64,000 bases of DNA, taken from contig CM082596.2 of assembly GCA_040954595.2 (NCBI GenBank), positions 2,718,656 to 2,782,655 of the forward strand. The letters run 5' to 3'. The translations under genes and the position numbers were made by a program. This stretch comes from Balanoglossus misakiensis. Taxonomy: Eukaryota; Animalia; Hemichordata. The notes under the pieces were generated by a model. That model saw nothing but the letters and a program-made list of their open reading frames with translations. It made no database searches and had not been told where the DNA came from. Below are positions 41,914 to 54,554 of the stretch, piece after piece. Each line of letters opens with the position of its first letter. Position 1 is the stretch's first letter.

Positions 41914-43340
41914 GGTGATGGCGGAAACGTGTCTATTTCACACTTGGAACAGCATTTATATCGATACAGCAAGTACTAGATCGCGGTCTTGTAAGTTGTA
42001 GTTCCACCATTTGTACCTATGGGATGAACATGATCATATAATCATAAGCGTGGGTGCGTCTCCAGTTACAATATGGATACCCGATTACTTGTATCTATGG
42101 TTACAAGTTTACTTTAACGACCGCGAACTTGTGAATATTCAGCGCGTGCCTGGCGACGGACCGGGCGCCGCATCCGCAGCTACCGCGCTGATCGGGTTGT
42201 TTTCGTTTTGATCCCGGGTCGGGCTATGATCGATCTCCGTTGCTGGCGAATCGTTTGACGCCTTGTCTTTCTCAGCCTGTGTTTGCGAGCCCGGAAGATG
42301 TCACTCGTGTACACGCCAGAGAAGATTCAAACGTTTGCGATCAAATGTAAACACTCAAACAGGGAAATGATAGCGACACGGAAACACACACTGCAACGAC
42401 ACTGTTGCACTGACTTAGCCTGGACAGGACAGTCTCCGTCCTAAATAACACGTAATAAAGAATGACCAGTGAGATCATAAACTAGAAAGATAAAAGTTAC
42501 CGTCGATCGTCATGAATACTCCGACGATACCCGACAAGGACACAGACCAATGCATCCTTCCGCCATCTTATATGTTTCGGAGACCCCTTAACATACTTCT
42601 TAATATACAGATGATCACTTAACTTCCTGTAATTAGTGCCATCGCGGCAGCATGCAAGTTGCCCGTAACTTTTATGTTTCAAGTATATTCCAATTCAGTA
42701 TATTAACTCCAATATATAAGGTGTTAGGCAACTTTATCGAAAATGAACGTTCTATTATCATTGATTATACTTGTGCAGAAATCGGTCATTTGCTGGCATG
42801 GATGTTTGATTTACACTGAAACAAACACATTTTGCGGGCTTTTCTGGGACCGCTTTATTTTCTGACATTTAACATTTAGGGAATAAATGTTGCCACAATG
42901 CCTATGGTCGAAACAATATTGCAGCATTTAAAGTCTTACATATGAAATAACTGCGGTATTTTATGAGCTGCAGCTTTTATAAACGATCAAAAGAATACAC
43001 AACGAAAAATGGGAAAACGCCCCCAGTGGTTACTTCAGTAAACCCTGCTTTAGACTCGTACGCATTAATATTTTTCACAGTCAAAATATAACCTTTAATG
43101 GCATCACAAGTTTCATTCTTATAAATTTAACTCCTAAATGTTATATAAAACCACAATTGACATTTTAAAGAGCAAAAACTTGAAAATGTGATGTTTGCAT
43201 TCGCATACGTAATACTACGTCCTGAAAGAGGCTGGGTCGCCATATTTAGCGGCGCCCTAGCGAAATTGACACGAACCCGGCTGAGAGCTGACGCGTATTA
43301 TTTTGCCGATTCTGTGACAGAAACGGTCAAATCGTGAGGT
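41914..43340. promoter_or_regulatory. Head-to-head MGAT5/ERP44 promoter and 5' UTR region
   Basis: Divergent start codons 1.4 kb apart. CpG-rich patches at about 42120-42320 and 43200-43340, and an ETS-like CCGGAAG at about 42291. Confidence 0.6.
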
Positions 43341-46300
43341 ATGGGGTCCGTCAGCGTTGTGAGAGGATACAGTTTGGTAGTACCCGTCACATTTCTGGTG
43401 AGTATGATGCATGCTACACTCGTCCGACTGATTATAATTGCTGATCTTTGAGCCAAGGAACCGATTGCGAGTAATCGAAGCTAAGTATGCGGGCGATGAC
43501 CCGTGCTCTTTCAATTCATTTCATTCGCTTTTAGAACCGCATCTTTATCGCCAATTATCCAAATAAATAATACAGTTAAACCAAAAACTGTAAACGTCCT
43601 AGCTGATCATCCAAATTTCCATTGGATATTGAGTTTGTTCATGTTTGTTTTGCCGTACCACGCTGCTTGGTAATGGTGGCACTACACTGTACTTCCGGGA
43701 TTACTCAAACAAGTTTTCGACGTCGCCAATGTGGCGATCTCTGATAGGCCACACATACGCATGCCCTAGATATTGGGAGATCGGCAATGCCGTCAGAAAT
43801 GGGTGCTAATTATAAAGTTTACTCATCAAGCCTGTGATAATCTTGAATGGAAACACAAGCGACAGTATTGTCACTTATAAAGTTATGCTGTTTGTTTGAC
43901 CCGGCTGTTGCAAGCCCAGGGGGTCAATTGCTGTGTACGTGCATTTGCATGGCTTCGTCTGTGATATACAGGATTAATCCATCGGATTATAAATAAGATA
44001 TACATCTATAGCACGCTGAGTCTTATCACACTGTATGTTTGGGAGAATCAAGTACATGTATTGGGAATTAATGATTATGATTTGCCAGATGGTTTCGAAT
44101 GCACTGTAATTTACATATGATTCTGTGTTGTTGCTGTGTGTACCTAATGGCAACGATCATAATTGACATTAGGTGTTTAAAAAGGCGGAAGAGCAGAATT
44201 CCATATGTTATTATTGGTGAATGTTCATAAATTACAAGATGTTCCATCATTTAACAACAGATCATATCAGTACTTTTCCTCTCCGTTCCCCATTGGTTCA
44301 AACCTATCACTGCAGAAAAATGTGGCATTGTCGTTATTATCTTGAACCAGTGCCACAATTATGATTTCCTGAATTTCCTTGTAATTTGACTTCTTTTTCT
44401 TTCCTTCTCCTTTCAGTTGATACTACTACAGACGTCGTGTGGGAACACCAACATCGTCAAGCTCAACAAACAGAACTTTGATTCCATCATCAATTCTAAT
44501 CAAGTAGTCTTTGTCAATTTCTATGCTGATTGGTGAGTACAAAGGGGCAGATATGCAATCATTCTTCAAGACAAATGGCTGTCTGATATCATAAATAGCA
44601 CTAATATTCAGTCAGATGATGGCTTATACTGAACATATTGGGTATAGTGAAACAGTGTTTGCTTAAGTCCAATAGTGGTGCGTTTTCTATTGAATTCTTT
44701 ATAAATGAGAGCAGACTTTTTCGAGGAAAAAATTGAAATGGTTATCCCTGTGTCTGTCAAGTGATACTGGCATGTGCAACATGTGTGCGTTTCAGGTTTT
44801 ATTCATGCAGGGCTATTGTTTCCTCCATTTGGCTGTATTGTGTTTCGTCACTCTTGATGAAATCATGATTGAAAACCACCAATTCTGCTGCCATTAACAG
44901 GTGACATAAATTGCCGTACAATAAAAATAAATTATCTGAATATATAGTCATGCGATGGAAATAAAACTGGTGGGCAATTGTGTTTAATCTGGGTCTAGTG
45001 GCCGTGTAAATGTATATTAAATTTAAGCAGATCATTGAAATCTCCCGGGGGAATAAAACTTTGTAAAAAAAATATATATATTTTTACCAAGTGTTCTGAA
45101 TGAATCGACATGTATCCAGACAAACACTCCTACATGTAGTTAATATGCTGACCCCCCAAATCGAACATCAACCATATGTGCGATAATATCATGTTTGGAA
45201 AAAACCTGTCTCCATATTGAATGTTATTGTCCACTTTTAAAGCGTTCAGGATTGAGTTCTGTTTCACACAATAATACAGGATATGAATGTGCCGTATGTT
45301 TCAGTGGCTCATGATACCTGTAACCTTTCCTCTTGCATTCTCACATTGCTGCAGCATGCTTCATTTCATCATCAGTTAAATTAGTACAAAATTACTTTAA
45401 AAGAAGTGAGCCTCATTTTGAAATTAATGTGGCCTCCAACCGGCAGAAGATCAACAATTACAGATGAAACTGTGGTAATTTGTTGAATTACAGGAAAATA
45501 TATTAAGCAATAATAATGAATGCCGTGTTTACTGGGATACAACTTTTGACCTCTGCTCGTGATACCAGCACTTTTTTCTCTCTGGATGTATTTTTGTGGC
45601 ATAGCGTCATCAATTTGCATAACAGTATCCTGAAGTGAATATAAATGAGTTTCTACTGGTGTTATAAATTTATGAGTACTTTGTGGGCGGACAGACAAAT
45701 ACAATGTGGCTTTGATAGTGCATGTTTTTGAATTTTAATATGAGAAAAACTACCAGTATGTACACATTTATTAATACAAAATGAAATTACAGTGCCAACT
45801 CACACCAACAGTGCCACATATAAATATACCCATTGTGTACAAGATCATATATACTGGTATATGAAAGGTTATTGTGTGTGTGTCACAAATTTACTCAATA
45901 AGCTTGACTATTGATCATGCCTGCTCCTATCCTAACAGGTGTCGGTTTAGTCAGATGTTGAAGCCAGTCTTTGCAGACGCAGCAAGCGCCATCAAAAAGG
46001 AATTTCCTGAACCCAATCAAGTGGTGTTGGGAGAATTAGACTGTGATGCTAATGGTAAGATGGAGTAGACATAGCCATTACACTAGGGCCCACTGAACTC
46101 TTCCCCGCCAAAATATAATGCAACATAGGCATATAACACATATGGTGGTGGTGGTGGTGCATAAATTCAAATAATGATTTGAGTTGCCACGTATCCTGTC
46201 TGTTAGTACCAGCATGTCTTCAAAATTGGAAATTTTCACCACAATTTATTTCGATTTGTAAATGGTTGTTCGTGTGAAGGGGAAAGACAGAGAGAGAGGT

Positions 46301-48691
46301 TTTATTTCCAGTGCGTAAAGGGAAGGTGGAAGTACTTTTGAATGAAAATATGCTGGTACTTCATTTGTGCCATCATAAATATCCTAAACTATAAATGGAA
46401 GAGTGCAATATGAAAAATGCATTATCTAGCTGACGTGTACTTACAGCATTGAATTTGATAATGGATTGATCTGGTTGTACTTTATAATTGATGTCAGAAC
46501 ACCAAATTCGAATGTTTGAGTCACTATCAATGTCTACTAGCATTTCCATGCCATGAGTAGAAAAATTTACTGACATGTGCATTACTCATTACTCTCTCCC
46601 TCTCTCTGTCAATCAGGTGAAATCAGTTCCAGGTATCACATAACCAAATATCCAACTTTGAAGCTGTTCCGGAACGGACGGGTGGCAAAGCGGGAATACA
46701 GGGGACAGAGATCGAGGGATGCTTTTGCGTCGTACGTCCGGCAGCAACTGCAGGATCCTATCACACAGTTGCAGCAGCTTGAAGATGTGAAAACAAAACT
46801 GGATGTGAGTTTTGTTTTCTTGTGGGTTTGTTTCCAGAATGATTAAAAATTTAGAGCAGAGCATGTGGGTTTAATATTTCCATATATGCACGTACATACT
46901 GGTAGGCATAAAAGTTCAACTTCAAGTGTATCTCCAACAGCAGTTATTGTCATGTAAATGTTATGTAAATTTCAGGAGAAGAAGAGGAATGTGATTGGTT
47001 TCTTCAACACTAAAGATTCAGTTGATTACAAGACCTACTCCAAAGTGGCCAGTTCACTGAGAGATGACTGTGTTTTTTACGCTGGCATCGGGTACGTTTT
47101 GTATTCTATGAATACATTTCTGCAACAGCTTGTTTATAATATAAAGAGATGTATCTGCGAAGCCACAGACCAACAATAGACTGAAATCTGTGTCAGGAGC
47201 ATTTGTATGTGATAATCAGCATAGTGAATCTGAGATATTAACAATTACAAATTGTGTAAATCTACCAGTTGCCAAGTCAAACCTCAAAAATGTTTACATT
47301 TGAGGAATGGTTTCTCAATGATTATTAAAACCAGACATTTTACAATTCCTTCATTCTCTTTAAATTTCAGGGATACATTTCGACCCGAGATGACCGGGGG
47401 CAACAATATTTTATTTAGACCTCCCAGAGTAAGTACATGTATATTTTCTCTTAAGATTTCAGAAACTACACTCATGCTAAAAATGGATATGGACCTATGT
47501 TTTTGCCATGTGAATTTGATGACTTCATGATAAATAAATTCTGTTCTACATTGCAGACAAAAGACCAGGACATGCTTTATCTCGGAGCAATGACAAACTT
47601 TGAACTGCTTCACACGTGGTCAAACGATAAGTGCATACCACTGATCCGAGAAATCACATTTGAAAATGGAGAGGTGAGTTGTTGAGAAAAAGCATTACTA
47701 CGATCAAGCCCCTTGATATTGACTTGTACATGGGTTACTAAACTTTTGGTGTTAAAGATTCCTGTATGTGTAATGAGACACACAGATCTTAATTGCTGAT
47801 GCTTGGTGTTGTTATTTTATCGCATAGGAATTAACAGAAGAGGGTCTCCCGTTTGTTATTCTGTTCCACACACCAGAGGACACAGCCACAGTGGCTGTAT
47901 TCAACCAGATGGTTGCCAGAGAGCTGATTCACGAAAAGGGTGAGCAGTGATTTCATGCACTGACACGGAAATTGACCCCAAAAGGCCATCACCAGATGGT
48001 GAATGCCAATGAGAGTGATAACCGTTCTTGTGGTATAATCAGAGGGGATGGTATTCATTTGTGGTCACAGTACGATCACGGTAATACAGTTACATCAACC
48101 AACCCTTCCTTCTTCTGCAATTTCAGGTAGCGTCAATTTCTTGACAGCAGACGGAACAAAATTTACCCACCCCCTGCATCACCTTGGCAAACAGCCCAAA
48201 GACCTGCCAGTTCTAGCCATTGACAGTTTTAGACACATGTACGTATTCCCGGACATCAAAAGACTTGGGTAAGTGCATAACTGGTGTGGACTGTCACAGT
48301 GGAATTCATTCAGATTTCTCCTGACCTTCTCAACTACTGATAGTAAATACGTAGAGTAATGGTTTCATTTGAGCAAAATTGCTCTCTTTTTGTCATGTCT
48401 GTGCTCACTAAACATGATTACACTTAACACTACTAACACTGAGTCTTTTCATCCACCCATGATTTCAGGGAACCCGGTGTCTTGAAACAATTCATCGCAG
48501 ACCTGCACTCGGGGAAACTCCACCGAGAGTTCCACCACGGACCCGACCCGACAGCCGCTCCAGCCAAGACCACGCAGGGCAAAACAGAAACTGTGCAGGA
48601 TCAAAAAGAGGAGACAGAGATCCCAGAAAGCACGTTTGTCAAACTGAAACCCAGCGAGAACCGCTACACATTACTCAAAGACGAGCTGTAG
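43341..48691 (+). CDS. ERP44: Endoplasmic reticulum resident protein 44 (PDI family), about 414 aa, 10 coding exons
   Basis: Exons: 43341-43397, 44417-44532, 45939-46054, 46617-46804, 46976-47091, 47371-47428, 47557-47673, 47828-47939, 48127-48268, 48469-48691. Signal peptide MGSVSVVRGYSLVVPVTFLLILLQTSCG, FYADW-CRFS active site, KYPTLKLFRNG, REITFENGEELTEEG, AIDSFRHMY, DLHSGKLHREFHHGPDP and C-terminal KDEL. Confidence 0.96.
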
Positions 48692-50702
48692 TGGAACGCT
48701 CCAGTGAGCAAGTCACACGCATCTCAAAAAGCACCCTCTATGTTTTTACCTCGAGTACTAAATATTCCCCCCACTGTTCAGACAGCTTTTGTAAGAAAAC
48801 AATCCCTCCCTGTTTGTTTGTTTTTTTCAGCACACTCGCATGAAATTTTATGAAGATTTCTTTTAATGTAATTTAAATGCACCTGGATTGTATTAAGAAA
48901 TAAATCTGTTATCCAAATGGATGGCAACTAAGAATTTTATAGAAATGAGTGAAAAATAAACTTGCTGATGTTGTATTTTGGCATCATGCATGGTGACATA
49001 TACCTCTATCAGAACCACAGGCTGACGGTGACTGTGTGTGCATGTCATATTAGTTATAGCACAAGTTTATTTGTTGGAAATGAGGTTTGGTTTCCCATAT
49101 TGCCTGTTTTCTTTATTCACATATTTGAAAGAAAAGGAGTTAAAACCCAATGTTACATTGAAGGGATAATTTTTATTATTCTCTGTGTTATGAATTTAGA
49201 AGATTTAGTGTGCACCGTTTCATAGCATGTTACACAAATATTTCCTGACAGCATGAAACAGATTTTTTGAGGAATATTTGGGAGAAATATGTGCTATCAT
49301 ATTCAGCTTATTCATATGGTAATAAAACAAGCAACCAATACTTGCTTAGAATAAAAAATTCATGAAGAAAAGATGTTACCTTCAAACAAAATTATACACT
49401 TTTCAGTAAGGTGCTCATTTGATCCAGAGTTACTAGGGTCAAGGTGACCTTTTTGCAGACTTTACAGACTTCCAAATGTCCAGGTTTACGTGGTAAAATT
49501 TTTATTTTGACTTAATAACAGAAAATCAAGGCAGTATATTTTCGAGACACCAGTGAAGACACATTCACCAGACCGAAAACTCCACCTACCACCATCATGG
49601 GATTTATGATTTAAAGAAAATTGACACTTGGTGTACTGAATTTTTGTTTTTGGATTCTTGTCCAGTTCCTGATTATGGGGAAACCTTGTACATATTTTAC
49701 AAAATGGCTCTGATTAGCCAATAAACAGCCAGGTTACATGTTGTAGGATGATGGAACCAAATGAGGATAGATTGTACAAGTTGTAAGATGGTTATAAACA
49801 TAAATAAAAGGTCAAATTTGAGGTCAATGCTCAAATGTGCTCTGAAACATTACACTACTTGTACTGGTTGTCTGTTCAGCATGCAGAGTGTTTTGAGATG
49901 CAACCCCATGCATTCTGGGTAGCTCACAAGTATCCATAGTAATAATCAAGAAACTCTAGTGACAATTGTCTAGGATTGGCCATGCTACTGGAAGCTATGT
50001 CAATCACACCACCATGGGAACCTCAAAAGTTATGACATAGGAAAACCACTCACTTCCCAGAGAACTTCAGCAAATCGTGTAAGTCTCACCCCACATCTGA
50101 TGAGCTGCACTTTGTGGTTCATGTTCACCATAGAGGGCGCAGTTTCTGAAGCAAAAGCCTGTGCCTACAACCAGCAAATTGATTGAAGAAATCCAACTTT
50201 ATTGACACAATTCAGAGGTCCACATTATTCAAACAACAACAGAACAAGCAACTGCAATGAACACCAATACAATGGGACTATACTGTGACATACACAGCTA
50301 GAATAAGTTAAAATGTATCTAAATTTACTTCAGGACAAAAGTTGAAGCATTAGATTGTAAATTTCAATGCTGGATGGATGACGATACAACATGACTGCAC
50401 GAAATCTCTTGACGATTACAAACTTACGTAAGAGAGTTATGGTACAACAATGTACTTCCACGAATGACAGAGACATCTTTCGCACAGTTCATTAATATTT
50501 CACACCGATTCTTCCATGCAAAATGAAATTCTAAAGACGATGCTGGCAGGCTGAGTTGTCTTAGCTAAGCATGAGATGTCCTTGGCCTTCATCCCTGTAG
50601 ACCGTTCACACCCAGCATTTACAGTGACAGCAGAATATACAGAAGGGCAGAGCTGTATCCAGAATCAAAGATGATTTCATAAATTCACCAACTCCGGGCA
50701 CT

Positions 50703-53445
50703 TCACGAGGTTTCCTCCATCTCATCACGGCTCAACTCAGGGGCTGATTTCCACTCCTTCTGGGTGGACGACAAATTCTGCAGTTCAATCTCGTTTATTT
50801 TATCCTGTCGGCTTTTGATCAGCTTCCCACTGGTGAAGCCCACCAGTCCTCCTCCCACAGCGGCAGCCATCCCGATTTTGGCTCCGGCCAGAAAACCAAC
50901 CGGTCCTCCAACGGCACCCCCCAGAACTGCACCGGCCACTGGAAACATCATTGCTTTATACTTGGAGGCCTGATGAAAATGTAACACCAAACATTCAGTA
51001 AGTTTTGATATTTTATTAGTCCTTGTATCATCCTTTTGAATTAGGGGCGCCACCAAGTGGCAACTCCACCTCTCTTTATTGGTATGATTTTTTTACTCTT
51101 GCTTTGAATTCGGTCCTGTGCAAAATATCATGTGGCCCTTTGTCATTTCCTATGCTCAGAATATGCCGATGGTTATTATCTGATTAGCTGTTCATCTACA
51201 GGAAAACGTTTCAATTCGTCCTAAACTTGACTTGAACTACTGTCCTGTCATAGGTCCACTGGTCCAAGTGAGGTCAACTAGTGATACAAGTTCTTTCAAC
51301 TGCACCAATGAGAAACTCAGTGGCAGCCTAAGCTATGTCCTCTCTTCCTTTGAAAATTCGTTAAGTCAGAGCTTTGCCTCATCTGCCTGAAGCGCTCAGC
51401 TACTGCCTTTGCAGTGTTTTGTTGAGTGAACAACTTTGAGAGTGAGTACGCGTAATATTGTGCGAATCATGGGATATTTCTGCCTGGAGATTTCATATGC
51501 ATAGGCATCTGATCAGGGTTTGTTGCTCCATGCAAAGTCTGTGTAGAGCTACCCTGCTCTAGCCTCTATTGTGATATACAGTATGTGGCCCAGAACCTGG
51601 TTTGTTTATGCTTCCTGTGTTGCTGCAAATTTTATAGCCCAACAACATTTTTCCAGAAAGTGTAGTTCTAGCCATGATAATGGCTTGCATTTGTTGCATG
51701 CATCGCTGTAATTTTCAAAAGCAAACACACCACACTCCTAAAGTTCCCTCGGTCAGAAAAGGTGTGTTATGCAAGACTGGGTACTATCACAAGTCTCAAT
51801 TTCCAATGCAAAATCATTCACACTTTCTAACACTGAAAATCTTGCTTTCAAAATGAACAGATAGAATGAGATTAAGCTTACCACTCCAAGGTTCATAACG
51901 CCCTGCTGTACGTTACCATGTGCAGTGTCCACATTATCCACAATGCTGTCCACTTTCTCTTGCTGATCCTGTCAAAAACAATTCAAAACCTATGTTGTCA
52001 TATCGTTCCAAAGAGGGTCCTGATAAATCAAACTAGAATTCTGAAACCCTTCAAACTGTCGTCTTTTGCTGAAATGACATTTTTCACTGAAATGAACATA
52101 ACCCAAGCAGCCTAGAGCTAATTTTGAGTTACCAGCATTGAGCAATACCTTTGCTGAGGTTATATCACGTGTATGTATACATGTGTTGCAGAAATACACG
52201 CCACTTTCACTAGTGACAGAATAAATGACACAGGATAGGGCATACTCACATAAACCATAGTAGAGAAGTCATGTATCATTGAGTTCAGTTCCACTAAGTT
52301 GTCTCTCAGAGTATGCCATGACTCCTTGGCCTCTGTTTCCTGCGCTAACAACATCTGTTGTTGCTGTTGTGTTTGCTGCTGGTCTTGTTGCCATGGTTGC
52401 AAGCGATGAGAGTCATCACTATCATTTTCATTCACTCGTGCTAAAGAGAGCGTTCATTAGAAAACATCTTGTTAGTTGACCAAGCTTTTCAGAATTTGTT
52501 ACACTAAAACACTAGTACCCATGATAACTGTAACATTTTTTCAAAGTCATATGATGCACAAGAAATATCACAAAACAAAGGTATCTTACATGCATCTACT
52601 TACCATTTTCTCCTTCAGATGTTTTTACAGCATGACTCTGTGCTTGTACATGACCAAATGGCTCATCATCAGAACCGTGTAAATCAATAAATGCCATTAT
52701 AGCCGCAATGGCCTCCTCTTTTACAGTAAGGACTCTTGAATCAAAGGCGTCCAGATCCTCATCCTGTATCTGGTTCCTTGTTCTCTCCATCTCCCGCACA
52801 TTGGCTTTCAGTTGCTGTGGAATCAAGACATAACTTATGTTACTACACTAGGTAAGAACATTTAACCCTTTCCCTATATATCCCCATTTCTAACAAAACT
52901 ATAACCGGTAACTGCAGAAATAACACCTTACCTGAACTGTCCTGCTTGCATTTATCAATTCCACATTCAGTTTCTCCCATTCTTGTAATTTCTGGTACTG
53001 AAAGGTAACATATTATTGAACTACATTACAATAAGTCTCCAAGAATCAGTCTATACAGGGATGGGAAATACCTCGTGCGTGCTGACACGTGACTAAAAAT
53101 AGCACCCTTATGTCAGTGACTTTTCAAAACGAAAATGAAAATGGCCACCAACACCTTTCTAATGTACAACTTTAGCACTACCCTTTGTTATTGTTGTCAC
53201 TGTCAGGATGTCAATTCACACTCCTGCCAAGTTCCGACAACAAACAAGAGGGGTTGCGAAAGAGAACTCAATTCTCATACCTTTTCAATGTTTGTTCTGT
53301 GCTGTGACAACCTTTCCAAGTCTGTTGGGATGGCCACTTTTGTGAACATGCGAATAGCGTGTTCCAGTCGCTTGATAGGTTGTTTTGGCATTTCGTCTTC
53401 TCCAGATATGGTCTTCGGAGTCTCGCTGCGCTCAAAAGAAGCCAT
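50703..53445 (-). CDS. STX17: Syntaxin-17 (autophagosomal Qa-SNARE), about 328 aa, 6 coding exons
   Basis: Exons: 53281-53445, 52932-52997, 52604-52814, 52250-52440, 51882-51968, 50703-50969. Motifs KVAIPTDLERL, INASRTVQQLKAN, SNARE region ESWHTL...DQQEKVDSIVDNV, and Gly-zipper hairpin TM PVAGAVLGGAVGGPVGFLAGAKIG. Confidence 0.94.
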
Positions 53446-54182
53446 GTCAACCCCGGGTATTCTGAAGTACTAACATGAAGACTTGCATACGACAAGGAGT
53501 TCAGAGTTCACGAGTCACCGCATCATCACAAGTACTTTCGATTTGATAACACTTACAGGGTAGCAAGATTACCGATGTCACTCGTCGAGATTGGTCTAAG
53601 TTGTTTTCCACATTTTAAGTAGAAGACACACCTGCAAAGTATCAAGTGACTGCTGCTGAACTCACAGAGTCTCTTTGGTCAAGAAAATGCCATCCACAAT
53701 ATTCCTTTCTGCAAATATCACAGTCTACTGACCAACATCACAAACACGGAAGTACGTCCTCAAATGTTGTCAGTGAAAAGCACTGTGGGTAATCCACGTC
53801 GTACCCCCTAACAAATGTAACATTGTAACTATTATCCTTCTCTTCAGTTTGTAACAAAAAGACAGAGAAACCGAGAAAAAGAATATGCTGGGATAGATTC
53901 TTTCATCTGAAAATGCACACTTGTATCGAGAAATTTGCAACCAGAATATATTGTGGACTATTCTGCCACAAATCGCGACCTTAGATTAAAAGCATAAACT
54001 TAGGTGGTCGTTTTACGCCTCGAAGGTTATCTGAGGTCATCCGGAGTGTATATGTCAGTGTGACCCCGCTGTGAGTTTGCAACGGATCCACGGGGATTTT
54101 AGACGGATCCATCACAACTACTAACTGTGAATAGAACTCACTGTCCCATCTTCGCAATCCTAACTGAAGATCGTGAAGCAGA
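53446..54182. promoter_or_regulatory. Short divergent intergenic region shared by STX17 and the cytochrome c paralog
   Basis: Start codons are 737 bp apart, head-to-head. ETS/GABP-like CGGAAGT at 53747-53753. An STX17 5' UTR intron is suggested by an acceptor near 53462 and a donor near 53555. Confidence 0.55.
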
Positions 54183-54554
54183 ATGGGCCAGAAAGCTTCT
54201 AAATCGACGCCCGAACCCGAGCCCCAGATCAAGGGCGACCCCATCAAGGGCAGAGAAGTGTACATTAGGGAGTGTGAGCACTGTCACACGATTGAAAAGG
54301 GAGGTCCGCACAAGTTTGGACCCAACCTTCAAAACCTGTTCAACCGGAAGGCTGGCGAGTTGAAAGGATTCAAGTATCGAGATCCAGAAAAATGGAAGGA
54401 GAGGAACATCACGTGGACAGAAAAGACCCTTGATGAGTACATGGCTGACCCTCGCAACTACGTACCTGGGACGAAGTTATTCTTTAAACCGGTACCATCG
54501 GAGGAAGACAGAAGAAATGTCATCGCTTACATAAAAGAAATGGCAAAAGATTGA
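54183..54554 (+). CDS. Divergent mitochondrial-type cytochrome c paralog, 123 aa, intronless; Met80 position is Leu; N-terminal MGxxxS extension
   Basis: GDPIKGREVY..CEHCHT.EKGG.HK.GPNL..LFNRKAG...GFKY...ITW....LDEY..DPRNYVPGTKLFF.......DR..VIAY aligns along the whole length of cytochrome c. Good Kozak context (AGAATGG) and intact ORF. Confidence 0.92.
   Translation: MGQKASKSTPEPEPQIKGDPIKGREVYIRECEHCHTIEKGGPHKFGPNLQNLFNRKAGELKGFKYRDPEKWKERNITWTEKTLDEYMADPRNYVPGTKLFFKPVPSEEDRRNVIAYIKEMAKD

Noticed and set aside
43787-43995. Alternative ERP44 first exons from ATGs at about 43787 and 43847
   Set aside because: Frames stop or give the wrong splice phase; exon 43341-43397 gives a phase-0 GTGAGT donor and a signal peptide.
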